Below, piece after piece: positions 37,742 through 50,289 of a stretch of 64,000 nt of DNA. The notes under the pieces were generated by a model, which did not search any database, was not told where the DNA came from, and saw only the letters and a program-made list of their open reading frames with translations. Position 1 is the first letter of the stretch; each line of letters opens with the position of its first letter. The translations under genes were made by a program, and so were the position numbers. This DNA is from Scyliorhinus canicula (taxonomy: Eukaryota): contig NC_052146.1 of NCBI RefSeq assembly GCF_902713615.1, positions 303,506,335-303,570,334 of the forward strand, in the 5' to 3' direction.

Positions 37742-38449
37742 GGACGGGATTCTCCGAGAACGGGGCTAAGTGTTGACGCCGTCGTAGGAGCGTTTAGCGA
37801 CGGCGTCATCTGGCCACTGGGAGCAGCGATCCTGTACCGGACAGGGAGCCAGCACGGCATTGGAGCGCTTCATGCAGCTCCAGCTGCTGATACGGGTGCC
37901 AGCACGGGGTGATGCGGGTCCACGTATGCGCGCCACGGCCGACGCAGGTCCACACATGCACGCCACGGCCAGCGGAGGTCCACGCATGCACGCCGGATGG
38001 GGCCATGAATATGAGTTGCCGTCCCCGCACTGGCCCCCTGGCAACATGGTGGAGACCTACAGGGTTCCGGGCCCGGAGGAATATAGCCCCCCTCTCCCGG
38101 AATTAGCCTGCCCGCCGATCTGTAGCCCCCGATCGCGGGCCTGGCCACCCACCCCCCCCCCCCCCCCAACCAGGACGGCCCCCACAGCCAGAATGCCGAG
38201 GTCCCGCCAGGTAGGACCACATGCGAACAACGCCGGTGGGACTCGGCCGAGCTCGGCGGGCATTCGGCCCATTGAGCGCAGTGAATCGCCTGCGGGGGGG
38301 TGGGTGGGGGGGTTTGAGTTGAGCGGCCCCCCACCAGCGCCGTGGCAACCGCGCCAGCGCTATCGGCGGCCCGGCGTCAGAGCGGCGACCCGGGATTCGC
38401 GCCCGCCCGGCGATTCTCCGACCTGGCGCGGGACCGGAAAATCCCGCCC
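37742..38449. mobile_element. PIF/Harbinger-like MITE with internal ~30-bp tandem repeat
   Basis: GGACGGGATTCTCC / GGAAAATCCCGCCC; TSD ATG/GTG; GGTCCACG(C/T)ATGC.CGCC x3 at ~37915-37995. Confidence 0.8.
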
Positions 38450-38997
38450 GTGATGTTTTCGGAATCCTTTGGGATCATTTTATCCTGTATAAATATTAGA
38501 GATTAGTGATCTATACACTGCAGCAAGTAGAGAGCACAGGTTATAACCATTGGAATAAGGACAGAGAGCAGAAGATTGAGGGGTTAAAGTTGATCATCAT
38601 TCAGCCCCAAGCAGATTTGATAAATGTTCCCTGTGCTAAATATTCCCGGATGTCTTTTGGGGAAATGACTTGGTGGGTCTCGGAAGTCAATAATTACAAG
38701 TTTCATTGGCAGTAATCTAAAATGCTAATGAGGGTATAAGAACCATATTTCGCTCCCCACTGACGTCCCTGATATATTGGGTATTCTGAAGGTTTTGACC
38801 AAGGTTGGTATCATGACCGGTACAGGCCTGGAGGGCCGCAGGGCCTGTTCCTCTGCTGTATTGTTCTTTGTTCTTTGAATGGACCAAGCACTAATCTGTT
38901 CATGTCTTACCGAAACCTCAGACAGGATTCCTCAATATTTCATCTATTCTTCAATCACATCTCCCTCCAGGGTGGCGGTCAAGTTACTGGGCTGTAA

Positions 38998-39222
38998 GGG
39001 CAGCACGGTGGCCTAGTGGTTAGCACAACCGCCTCACGGCGCTGAGGTCCCAGGTTCGATCCCGGCTCTGGGTCACTGTCCGTGTGGAGTTTGCACATTC
39101 TCCCCGTGTCTGCGTGGGTTTCGCCCCCACAACCCAAAAATGTGCAGAGTAGGTGGATTGGCCACGCTAAATTGCCCCTTAATAGAAAAAATAATTGAGT
39201 AATCTAAATTTATTAAAAAAAA
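38998..39222 (+). mobile_element. V-SINE (HE1-like) short form
   Basis: Flanking duplication AAGTTACTGG. Confidence 0.88.
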
Positions 39223-39382
39223 AGTTACTGGACTGCGAACCCTGGTGCCTGGACTTTTTAGTAGGATGTGTGTCCAAATCCCAATGTTTAATAATTTTGA
39301 TTTAGTTTCTTAAAAGAAAGAGATCTGCCGATAAAAAGCTGATGGTCGGATGAATAACACTATCGATGTTTTTAATGCACAG

Positions 39383-39601
39383 GTTTGGGTGACGGTTGAG
39401 TGGAATGATTTATTTGATTTCATCATCATACCAGATGAGAAGGACACTGTGCCCAATAAGCAGAAAGGTTCTGTGTTAAATCAAGATTCCCACGTCTTTT
39501 ATTTCCCCATCAAGCTGAAGGCCCTTGGAAAGGTGCCTATCAAAGTTAAGGCCACATCGGAAGTCTCATTCGACGCTGTCTCCAAGTACATTTTAGTGAA
39601 G
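39383..39601 (+). CDS. CD109: CD109-like exon (VWVTVEWNDLFDF...FPIKLKALGKVPIKVKATSEVSFDAVSKYILVK)
   Basis: gcaCAG / GTATTG; FPI....LG..PI.V.A......DAV...ILVK matches CD109 MG7. Confidence 0.95.
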
Positions 39602-39854
39602 GTATTGTATTTGGTTTGATTGGTTCCATTTTCATGCCTTTTATTTACTGAGGTAAACTCAGCAGATTATGAAGATTAGGAATAAAGAGCAGCCAGGGGC
39701 CAAACATTGTCTCTCACTTTCTCCATCATTGATCGTTCATCTTCAATCTTAACTCCACTCTCCCACCTTCTGCTTCACTCCCTTGCTCAGACACAAATCT
39801 TTGAAGGTGGAAGGACAAGTTGAGAATGCCCCTCAACAAATCATGAGGAGAGCC

Positions 39855-40065
39855 GGGCGGCACGATGGTGCAGTGGTTAGCACTGCTGTCTACGGCGCTG
39901 AGGACCTGGGTTCAAATCCTGGCCCTGGTTCACTGTCTGTGTGGAGTTTGCACATTCTCCCCGTGTCTGCGTGGGTTTCACCCCCACAACCCAAAGATGT
40001 GCAGGTTAGGTGGATTGGCCACGCTAAATTGCCCCTTAATCAGAAAAAGAATAATTGGGTATTGT
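39855..40065 (+). mobile_element. V-SINE (HE1-like)
   Basis: Typical head and V-domain. Confidence 0.8.
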
Positions 40066-41067
40066 GCTCTATGTAAAGTGGAACGTTAACCGAAAGCAAA
40101 GAGATGGTGCAAAACTGGTTATAAAATCACTGGTTAGGCTCCAACTAGAGGGTAATGTATCTAATTCTGGGCACCACACTTTAGGAAGGATGTACCCACA
40201 AGCTCCCGCATTTAACAATGAGGCGATGAGCGGGTCATCGGTTTTTGTGACGTTGGTTGAGGGCATGGGCTTAGGGGTGAACTCCCATGCTCCTTTTTGA
40301 AACACTGCCGCAGGATCCATTAGGAACGCAAGAGGGCAGAAAGAACCTTGGTTTTAATGTCGCACCTCAAAGGCGGCACCTCTGACAGTGCAGCACTCCC
40401 CAGTGCTAAATTACATGCTCGAGTTTCAAGAGGGCCATGTGAACCCATAACCTTCTGACTCAGAGGGGTGAGAGCGACCAACTGAGCCATGACAAACACT
40501 GAGCAACCTCCAGTTCATTGCAGCTCACTGAATCTGAGGCTCCGACCAAGTTTTCGGAATTTGGTATTTGGCTTTCCTGGCTGCACATTTAGATTCTACG
40601 GACCGTGTCGAATGCAATACAGATCATTGCTGCTGTATTTCCCTAAAGGGGGCAACAATAAGGAGGTTGAATTGATCCAAATTTTACAAATGTGTAACAG
40701 ATGTTGCATGGCGCGAATCTCTAACAAGCCGGGAGAGTTTCAGATGATGCAGACATAAGCTTGTTGTTTAACTTGGAGCGTGAGCACCAGTTTAAGTTTA
40801 TGAGTAACATCAAGCGACCTTAGAGATTAGGACTAATCCTTTAACCCAGACTAGTGGATAAGTGGGAAATTCTGCTGGTTTGCCTCCTTCAAAGCCAGAC
40901 CGGATGAATAACTGGTTGCAAACCTGTTAAAGTGGGGAAACTCAGGTGTAAGAGCCAAAAATCCTTTTGATTTGCGTGAGGCCAAGGAAGGAGGAATACC
41001 AGAGGAATAGAAGGGTGTATTGATGGGAGGATGTGAGGAAGGTTGAGAAGAGACTTGTATGAAGCAT

Positions 41068-41757
41068 AAAGAACATAAGAACATAGGAACTAGGAGCAGG
41101 AGTAGGCCATCTGGCCCCTCGAGCCATTCAATGAGATCATGGCTGATCTTTTGTGGACTCAGCTCCACTTTACGGCCCGAACACCATAACCCTTAATCCC
41201 TTTATTCTTTAAAAAAACTAGCTATCTTTATCTTAAAAACATTTAATGAAGGAGCCTCAACTGCTTCACTGGGCAAGGAATTCCATAGATTCACAACCCT
41301 TTGGGTGAAGAAGTTCCTCCTAAACTTAGTCCTAAATCTGCTTCCCCTTATTTTGAGGCTATGCCCCCTAGTTCTGCTTTCACCCGCCAGTGGAAACAAC
41401 CTGCCCGCATCTATCCTATCTATTCCCTTCATAATTTTATATATTTCTATAAGATCCCCCCGCATCCGTCTAAATTCCAACGAGTACAGTCCCAGTCTAC
41501 TCAACCTCTCCTCGTAATCCAACCCCTTCAGCTCTGGGATTAATCTAGTGAATCTCCTCTGCACACCCTCCAGTGCCAGTACGTCCTTTCTCAGGTAAGG
41601 AGACCAAAAATCAGCACAATACTCCAGGTGTGGCCTCACTAACACCTTATACAATTGCAGCATAACCTCCCTAGTCTTAAACTCCATCCCTCTAGCAATG
41701 AAGGACAAAATTCCATTTGCCTTCTTAATCACCTGTTGCACCTGTAAACCAACTTTT
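41068..41757 (-). mobile_element. Young CR1 LINE 3' fragment
   Basis: LQLYKVLVRPHLEYCADFWSPYLRKD...; (CATAAGAA)n tail on + strand. Confidence 0.9.
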
Positions 41758-43295
41758 TGGTTTACAGCCTGGAGATCTGACAAGACTACGCCCCAATGCT
41801 CTCCGTCTTTGCTGGAGACTCGATGTGAAATGGTGGAAGGAAAATAGACATAAAATGATTGAATAACCAGCAACTTGAGGTTTGAAAGCTAGAAGTTTAT
41901 AGGATGAAAAGGGTAAGAGGGTCTACATTTTGCTGGGGACCTGTAACGTTTTGTTCATAATCCAGTTACCAACCAGGAGAATAAAGACACACTTTTTCAC
42001 AGTTATAAACAAACAAAATAAAATGTATTATCCAAAGTCAGAAAAGTGAAACAATCTACAATATCCATCTTATCTCTAACATTCAGAATTAATATGAGGT
42101 AAGTATGAATTAATAGACCAACTGTGGTTGGACGCACCACACTGCACATTATATGACAGATGATCCAAGACGGATCCCATAGTTTCTCAGCAACCGACCC
42201 AGATGTCAGTGACCATTGTGAGTCGCAAAATCCCATTAAAACTCTGTTTCCCTCATGAGGGATTTCAACTCACTTTCAAAGACCTATCCTCTGAATTCCA
42301 TCAAACGCCATTGCGACTTGGACTGCCTCAACAATTCCTCACCTCCCAATGGTTCACACTTCTCCAGAGACGGTGCTCCATGAGATTCACAAAATTGTTC
42401 TCCAATATCTATTTACCATCACCATTGCAGCTCTTTCACAGTCTATTAGCTTCACTTCAGTTTCTACAGTCTCTCAGGTTCAACGAGCTAAAAATGGCTC
42501 CCAGGGCTTCTCTGAGCCCGAACTGCCTGGAGCCTTTTGGTACCTAACCCCTTTCCTTGCTGCAGGATAGTCACCTAAATTGAAACCAGAGGACCTTCTT
42601 AAGCTCCGCACATGCCCATGATGATGTAGCCTTTTAGGGTTGACTGAATGGTTTTAAACTAATTTAGCTCCATCTCCGAAACAAAGTATTTTTCTGGACT
42701 GCACTCCTTTGCAAGTAGTGTAGGCATCAGATCTCCAGTTCGCCAGTGAAATAAAGCCATGTGCTGTTTTTACGGCTCTGACCTTCTTTAGCTGCTAACC
42801 CCTTAGGTCGACTTGATCCCAATCATTTAAATGTGAGAGAATTATCTATCTGCCTCAGTTGCCTTTACCCCGTTTTCGGCAGTTAAACATTAATCGTTTC
42901 AGAGCTAAAAAGTGCCCCCAACATATCAACATGAACTCTGAACTAGATATTCACCAGTGGTTTTAGAAAGGAATGCCTCAGAACAGGAAACAGTACAATA
43001 AACATCAATCAGTCTTGATCTGATTGAAGGTGAAGAAGTGATTTGATAGCCCTGCTTAAAATCATGAGCGATTTTTGGATGAGCGATGGACAAATTGGGT
43101 AACTCGACCCAATTGGGTAACTCACAGGCCAACTGTTCTCCTGTTCTGCTGCATCTTCATCGACCCTGATTTTCTCATTACAAGTTGCCTCCCAGTCCAA
43201 AGTCTTCCTTTTCTTTATTACTCTGGATTTGCAGCTCTCAGGTTGCCCTTTTCAGTTGGAGACGCTTAACAATACACTTTCCTGTCTGTCTCTAG

Positions 43296-43437
43296 GCTGA
43301 AGGAATACAGCAGTCATTCTCGCAGTCACTCTTCGTGGCCCCTAAGGCTGGCAAGCGGCTTTGGTCTAAGGAGGTGCGATTTACATTCCCGGATAATGTG
43401 GTGGATGGCAGCGAAATCGCTCACGTCACTGTGATCG
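43296..43437 (+). CDS. CD109: CD109-like exon (AEGIQQSFSQSLFVAPKAGKRLWSKEVRFTFPDNVVDGSEIAHVTVIG)
   Basis: tctcTAG / GTAAGG; AEGI..S.SQS...F.FP.N.V.GSE...T.IG matches the CD109 exon preceding the thioester exon. Confidence 0.95.
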
Positions 43438-43550
43438 GTAAGGAGCTCTGGTTGCTGTACTTAGACAAACATCCGCTGAATCGCCTCTAGCATTGCTCCT
43501 GGTGGAGCAGAGAATTAACTGGGAACCTAACAAACTAGTGTAGGCCTAAA

Positions 43551-43732
43551 GGGGCTGGTTTAGCTCACTCAGCTAAATCGCTGGCTTATAAAGCAGACCA
43601 AGCAGGCCAGCAGCACGGTTCGATTCCCGTACCAGCCTCCCCGGACAGGCGCCGGAATGTGGCGACTAGGGGCTTTTCACAGTAACTTCATTGAAGCCTA
43701 CTCGTGACAATAAGCGATTTTCATTTCATTTC
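43551..43732 (+). mobile_element. Second tRNA-like SINE family
   Basis: Near-identical to 37544-37726. Confidence 0.85.
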
Positions 43733-45460
43733 AGTTCCTCGAGCCCATTCCGCCATTCAGTTAGATCAAACCCTGATTTGCAACTAGATGTCAACAACCC
43801 AGAAGGAAAGGGCTAGCAACCTCAAGAAGAAGTCTGTCCTTCGATCCCTTCAATCTGTTCCTTCCTTCCCCTAGGCCCATTGCCTTGCCCCAATTGGACC
43901 TCTCCCTGCAGCCTGTAGAGTCTTCATCCATCCCCTTCCAGCAAACAATATGGTAGTCTTTTGAGTTCCTTGTTTCTGAGCTTTCTTCTTCGGTAATTTT
44001 ATGGGATGTGAGAGTATCTGGCTGGGCCAGCATTTATTGCCCGTTCCTAACTGCCCTCCATTTCAGGGGGCATTTGAGAGTCAACCACGTTGCTGTGGGT
44101 CTGGAGTCACATGTAGGCCACACCAGGTAAGGACGGCAAATTTCCTTCCCGAATGGACAATAGTGAACCAGACCCACAATTGACAATAGTTTCACGATCA
44201 TCATTAGATATTTTAAATCCAAATTTTTATTGAATTAAAATGTCACCATATACCGTGGTGAAATTTGAATGCTAGTCTCTGGATCTAGCTTTGGGTCTCT
44301 GGATTACCCGTCCAGTGAACATACTATTGCGCCTCTGTCTCCCCATGCAGCATTGTTAGGGTCCAGCTTCACACCCTGAGGCTTTCCCTCTGCCTTGCAT
44401 TGTTCATCTTCCTCATTCAACTCCTTGCCCACCTGGCTGCCATCATAAGCATTCACCCATCCCCCCTTCTCCTGGCACAGCCCTCCTGCCACATTGGCCC
44501 CTTGCCTTCGTCAAGCTGACACTCCCCCATCACCACCGTCAAACTTCAGATCTTTCTTACAGTGGCTGCATAAGTGCCACAGCATGGTGCTGTCCATGAA
44601 GACCAGCTGGGCATGGAGATGGAGATAGAGGCAGGAAATGGGCAGCCCTGGCAGAGTGGTGAGCAGCACATCAGGCGCAGTGCAGCAGCATGGCACAAAG
44701 TTATTGTACTTACCCAGATGTCTCTGGCAAACTGAGGGCCATCTTGTCCACACCACTCTTTAGCAGCCAGGTGTGACGCCAATGTACATTCTGGCTCTTG
44801 CCATATTCTCCACATCTGCCTGCCGACAAACGTGCCATGGATGAGTTGGGAGAATTCTGCCCAGCAGATCTGGCAGCATCTGTAGGGAGATAAACAGAGT
44901 TAATTTCAAGTCCAACATGACTCTTCAGAAATCTATCAATCTCAATATTGAAATTGCATCTTTAACCTTATGCCTTTCTTCCTGACCACCCTGCCCAATA
45001 TCAACCCAACCAAATCCTTTTCACATTTTAAACACCTTGATCAGTTCACCCCCAACCTGCCCCAATGAGTTATTTATTCACAGGTACAGTTATATTACTA
45101 GTGATCATACGCACTGTACTATTAGTCAAAAGATGCAAGTTCAAATCTCACTAAGGTAGTAGGTTAATGAGAATTCAATTATTAAAGTAGGAATCAAAGT
45201 AAAAGAGAATTTTGAATTGTATCAGTAACGGTGAGTTGTGAAAATGTCCCAACAATCCGTATGGTTCTTTAGGACAGAGAATCTGTCACCTTATCCAGTG
45301 TGGTCACCATTTGACTCCAGACCCACACCAACATGGTTGATTCCTGCCCTCTGAAATAATACCAGAGAGTATCTCAGCTGTGCCATTGGTGGGCCTTTGT
45401 CCTGCAGGATAAAGGTGAATAAAGGCTGAGATTGGGGATTGGTTACACACCAACCAAAGA

Positions 45461-48400
45461 GGAGAGTTGTTGGGGAACAGATGGAGAGCTGTTGAAGAGC
45501 TGATAGGGGGCTGTTGGGGAGCAGATGGAGAGCTGTTGAAGAGCTGATAGAGGGCTGTTGGGGAGCAGATGGAGAGCTGTTGGAGGGCAGTTGGAGTGCT
45601 GTTGGGGAGCAGATGGAGAGCTGTTGGAGAGCTGTTAATGGGCTGTTGGAGGGCTGTTGGGGAGCAGATGGAGAGCTGTTGGAGGGCAGTTGGAGGGCTG
45701 TTGGGGAGCAGATGGAGAGCTGTTGGAGAGCTGTTGATGGGCTGTTGGAGGGCTGTTGGAGAGCTGTTGGAGGGCTGTTGGAGAGCAGATGGAGAGCTGT
45801 TGGAGAGCTGTTGGAGAGCTGTTGGAGGGCTGTTGGAGGGCTGTTGGGGAGCAGATAGAGAGCTGTTGGAGGGCTGTTGGGGAGCAGATGGTGAGCTGTT
45901 GGAGAGCTGTTGGAGGGCAGTTGGAGAGCTGTTGGAGAGCTGTTGGAGGGCTGTTGGGGAGCAGATGGAGAGCTGTTGGAGAGCAGATGGAGAGCTGTTG
46001 GAGGGCTGTTGGGGAGCAGATGGAGAGCTATTGGAGGGCAGTTGGAGAGCTGTTGGAGAGCTGTTGGAGAGCTGTTGGAGGGCTGATGGAGGGCTGTTGG
46101 AGAGCTCTGGGAGAGCTGTTGGAGGGCTGTTGGAGAGCTGTTGGAGTGCTGTTGATGGGCTGTTGGATGGCTGGTGGAGAGCTGTTGGGGGTGGTTGGAG
46201 AGCTGTTGATGGGCTGTTGGAGGGCATTTGGAGGGCTGTTGGAGGGCTGTTGGAGGGCAGTTGGAGGGCTGTTGGAGGGCAGTTGGAGGGCAGTTGGAGG
46301 GCTGCTGGAGGGTTGTTGGAGGGCAGTTGGAGAGCTGTTGGAGGGCTGTTGGAGGGCTGTTGGGGAGCCGTTGGAGGACTTTTGGAGAGCTGCTGGAGAG
46401 CTGTTGGAGAGCTGTTGATGGGCTGTTGGGGAGCTGTTGGAGGGCATTTGGAGGGCTGTTGGAGGGCAGTTTGAGGGCAGTTGGAGGGCTGTTGGAGGGC
46501 TGTTGGAGAGCTGTTGGAGAGCTGTTGATGGGCTGTTGGAGGGCTGATGGAGGGCTGCTGGAGAGCTGTTGGAGAGCTGTTGATGGGCTGTTGGGGAGCT
46601 GTTGGAGGGCATTTGGAGGGCTGTTGGAGGGCAGTTAGAGGGCAGTTGGAGGGCTGTTGGAGGGCTGTTGGAGAGCTGCTGGAGAGCTGTTGGAGAGCTG
46701 TTGATGGGCTGTTGGGGAGCTGTTGGAGGGCATTTGGAGGGCTGTTGGAGGGCTGTTGGAGGGCAGTTGGAGGGCAGTTGGAGGGCTGTTGGAGGGTTGT
46801 TGGAGAGCTGTTGATGGGCAGTTGGAGAGCAGTTGGAGGGCTGTTGGAGGGCTGTTGGAGGGCTGTTGGAGAGCTGTTGGAGGGCTGTTGGAGGGCTGTT
46901 GGAGAGCTGTTGGAGAGCTGTTGGAGAACTGTTGATGGGCTGTTGGAGGGCATTTAGAGGGCATTTGGAGGGCTGTTGGAGGGCAGTTGGAGGGCTGTTG
47001 GAGGGCTGTTGGAGAGCTGTTGGAGGGCTGTTGGAGGGCTGTTGGAGAGCCGTTGGAGGACTTTTGGAGAGCTGTTGGAGAGCTGTTGGAGGGCTGTTGG
47101 AGGGCAGTTGGAGAGCTGTTGGAGGGCTGTTGGAGGGCAGTTGGAGGGCTGTTGGAGGGCAGTTGGAGAGCTGTTGGAGGGCTGTTGGAGGGCAGTTGGA
47201 GGGCTGTTGGAGAGCTGTTGGAGGGCGGTTGGAGGGCGGTTGGAGAGCTGTTGGAGGACTTTTGGAGAGCTGTTGGAGAGCTGTTGGAGAGCTGTTAAAG
47301 AGCTGTTGGAGAGCTGGTGGAGAGCTGTTGGAGAGCTGTTGATAGGCTGTTGGAGAGCTGTTGGAGGTCTGTTGGAGAGCTGTTGGAGGATTTTTGGAGG
47401 GCTATTGGAGGACTGTTGAAAGGATGTTGGAGGATGGTTGGAGAGCTGTTGGAGAGCTGTTGGAGGGCAGTTGGAGCGCGGTTGGAGAGCTGTTGGAGAG
47501 CTGTTGGAGAGCTGTTGGAGGGCGGTTGGAGGGCGGTTGGAGAGCTGTTGGAGAGCTGTTGGAGAGCTGTTGGAGGGCGGTTGGAGGGCGGTTGGAGAGC
47601 TGTTGGAGAGCTGTTGGAGAGCTGTTGGAGGGCGGTTGGAGGGCGGTTGGAGAGCTGTTGGAGGGCGGTTGGAGAGCTGTTGGAAAGCTGTTGGAGAGCT
47701 GTTGGAGGGCGGTTGGAGGGCGGTTGGAGAGCTGTTGGAGGGCGGTTGGAGAGCTGTTGGAGAGCTGTTGGAGAGCAGTTGGAGAGCTGTTGGAGAGCTG
47801 TTGGAGAGCTCTTGGAGAGCTGTTGGAGGGCGGTTGGAGGGCGGTTGGGGAGCTGTTGGAGAGCTGTTGGAGAGCTGTTGGAGGGCGTTTGGAGGGCGGT
47901 TGGAGAGCTGTTGGAGAGCTGTTGGAGGGTTGTTGGAGAGCTGTTGGAGGGCGGTTGGAGAGCTGTTGGAGAGCTGTTGGAGAGCTGTTGGAGAGCTGTT
48001 GGAGGGCGGTTGGAGGGCGGTTGGAGAGCTGTTGGAGAGTTGTTGGAGAGCTGTTGGAGGGCGGTTGGAGAGCTGTTGGAGAGTTGTTGGAGAGCTGTTG
48101 GAGGGCTGTTGGAGAGCTGTTGGAGAGCTGTTGGAGAGCGGTTGGAGGGCGGTTGGAGAGCTGTTGGAGAGCTGTTGGAGGGCGGTTGGAGGGCGGTTGG
48201 AGAGCTGTTGGAGAGCTGTTGGAGGGCGGTTGGAGGGCGGTTGGAGAGCTGTTGGAGAGCTGTTGGAGGGTTGTTGGAGAGCTGTTGGAGGGCGGTTGGA
48301 GAGCTGTTGGAGAGCTGTTGGAGAGCTGTTGGAGGGCGGTTGGAGGGCGGTTGGAGAGCTGTTGGAGAGCTGTTGGAGAGCTGTTGGAGGGTTGTTGATG

Positions 48401-48535
48401 GGCTGTTGGAGGGCAGTTGGAGGGCTGTTGGAGAGCTGTTGGAGAGTTGTTGATGGGCTGTTGGAGGGCAGTTGGAGGGCTGTTGGAGAGCTGTTGGAGA
48501 GTTGTTGATGGGCTGTTGGAGGGTGGTTGGAGAGC
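45461..48535. repeat. ~3.1-kb minisatellite, 11-bp unit (TTGGAG[A/G]GC[T/A/G]G)
   Basis: Continuous tandem array of roughly 280 units with positional variants. Confidence 0.97.
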
Positions 48536-50117
48536 GGATTGCAAGAAGCTGCAGAGAACACAAGTGGAAATAATGCACCATGATTACGATTTTCATTCAG
48601 ACCAGCCAGGGCGGACAGCTGGATAAGGATTCAAACACTTTAAAGGTGGAGATCTATTTTACAAGGAGGAGGAGTCTGGTCACAGCAAAGTGGAACAGAT
48701 TAGTCTGGGATTATTTTCCCTAGAAAATAGTAGATAAAGAGGTCTTTGAAGTCATTGAAGGAGTTTGATAGGGTAGACATAGAGCAGATGTTTTCCACCT
48801 GCAATAGAAGAACCAGGGATGATAAGGTTGCCATTAATAAATACAATATGGAATTCAGGCATATCCTTTTTACTGAGAGAGTGGTGAGAATATGGAACGT
48901 GTTACCATTGGGAGTGGTCGAGGTGAATAGATGTGTTCAAGGGGAAGTTGGACAAAGACATGTCAGAGAAATGAATGGGACGATATTCTGATTGGAGCAG
49001 GTGAAGTAGAAGGGGTTGGAGCCTTGTGTGGAACATAAACACCAGCATGAATCAGTTGGGCTGAATGGCCTGCTTCTGTGCTGTAAATACTAGGTCATGG
49101 GTTAAGGGTGGCTTCCTGAAGTGACGGTGTCAATGGTTTCGAAAGGGAGGGTGGCGAAACCTATGGAATGGGAACCTATCATAATCCAACGAACACCATC
49201 CATTGCCACCCATCCCCTGAACAGTCGGAACAGTTAAAATCAAAGCCAGTATGGTTGATAAGTTCAAGACAGAAGAAGTGTGTGCAGCAACAGGATTATG
49301 TGTACGATGGAAGAGCCTCAACAGATTGCTGCTGGATCTCGTGTCTCATCCACTTGGCTTCATCTTCTAATCATCAGCAACCATTCCAGTTTCAAGCAGC
49401 ATGTGTTTTTCATCTGAATATCATTCTCAAACTAACAGGTCTATTTTGGGCAATATAATTTATTGTTACAAAGAAACGTTCTTTTTCTTCCTTCTGAATT
49501 GCGAGACACATCTGTGTCTAATCTATTTCATTTCAAAACAATCGTTTTATTTAGACTGAAGTGGTCAGCTGGGGAATAATTTTCAGTTTATTTTCTATTC
49601 GCTTTGCCTTGCACTGCTCCCTTGTCCTCACCTGAAAGCACTGTTTACTGCTCGGCTGCCGTTCAGTGAATGTTGAACACTCCGCCCTTTCTTATACAAC
49701 TCTGGGGGCATCACAGCAGCATCTCCTCCTGATGTCGACACTCGCTGGGTACAATATCCAACGAGCTTGACTGGACAACCAGCCGGAGTGGGACCCCTTG
49801 TCCGTTTCCCCTATTCTAGGCACAAGAATGCTGAATATGAAACCAGTTATCATGCCCCCATCTCCGGCTCGAAATCAGTTAAATTATCACCAGGAATTCA
49901 AAGCTTAAATTATGAAGTTTTCTCACAGTTCTTGAACATAGAAGATTGGCAGGTGACCTGATTGTAGGTTCATGATCAATATCGTAAAAGGATTCTATGA
50001 GATAGATACAGAGAATTTTTTTCTTCTGTGAAGGAGTCCAGGACGAGGCCTACAATCTTAAAATTGGAGATTGAAGTTGAGGGGGTGATGTCATGAAGCA
50101 CTGTCTTACACAAAGGA

Positions 50118-50272
50118 TGTGGAGGTGCCGGCGTTGGACTGGGGTGAGCACAGTAAGAAGTCTTACAACACCAGGTTAAAGTCCAACAGGTTTGTTACAA
50201 ACACGAGCTTTCGGAGCACTGCTCCTTCCTCAAACCTGGTGCTCTTTAATCTGGTGTTGTAAGACTTCTTAC
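50118..50272. mobile_element. Penelope-type terminal fragment, foldback, with degenerate hammerhead core
   Basis: Inverted arms 50153-50181 / 50244-50272; minus strand TGAGGA-A-GGAGC-AGT-GCTCC-GAAA; flanking duplication CACAAAGGA. Confidence 0.65.
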
Positions 50273-50289
50273 ACAAAGGAGACTTTAAA

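Noticed and set aside
37915-37995. CRISPR-like 30-bp repeats
   Set aside because: Direct tandem repeats with no spacers, in a eukaryotic MITE, and no cas genes.
41940-43010. Possible LTR starting TGTAACG
   Set aside because: Could not define the other terminus or a TSD.
45304-48626. Many 100-550 aa ORFs (PTALQQLSNSS / ESCWRAVGELL repeats)
   Set aside because: Translation artefacts of the stop-poor 11-bp minisatellite, present in all frames and on both strands.
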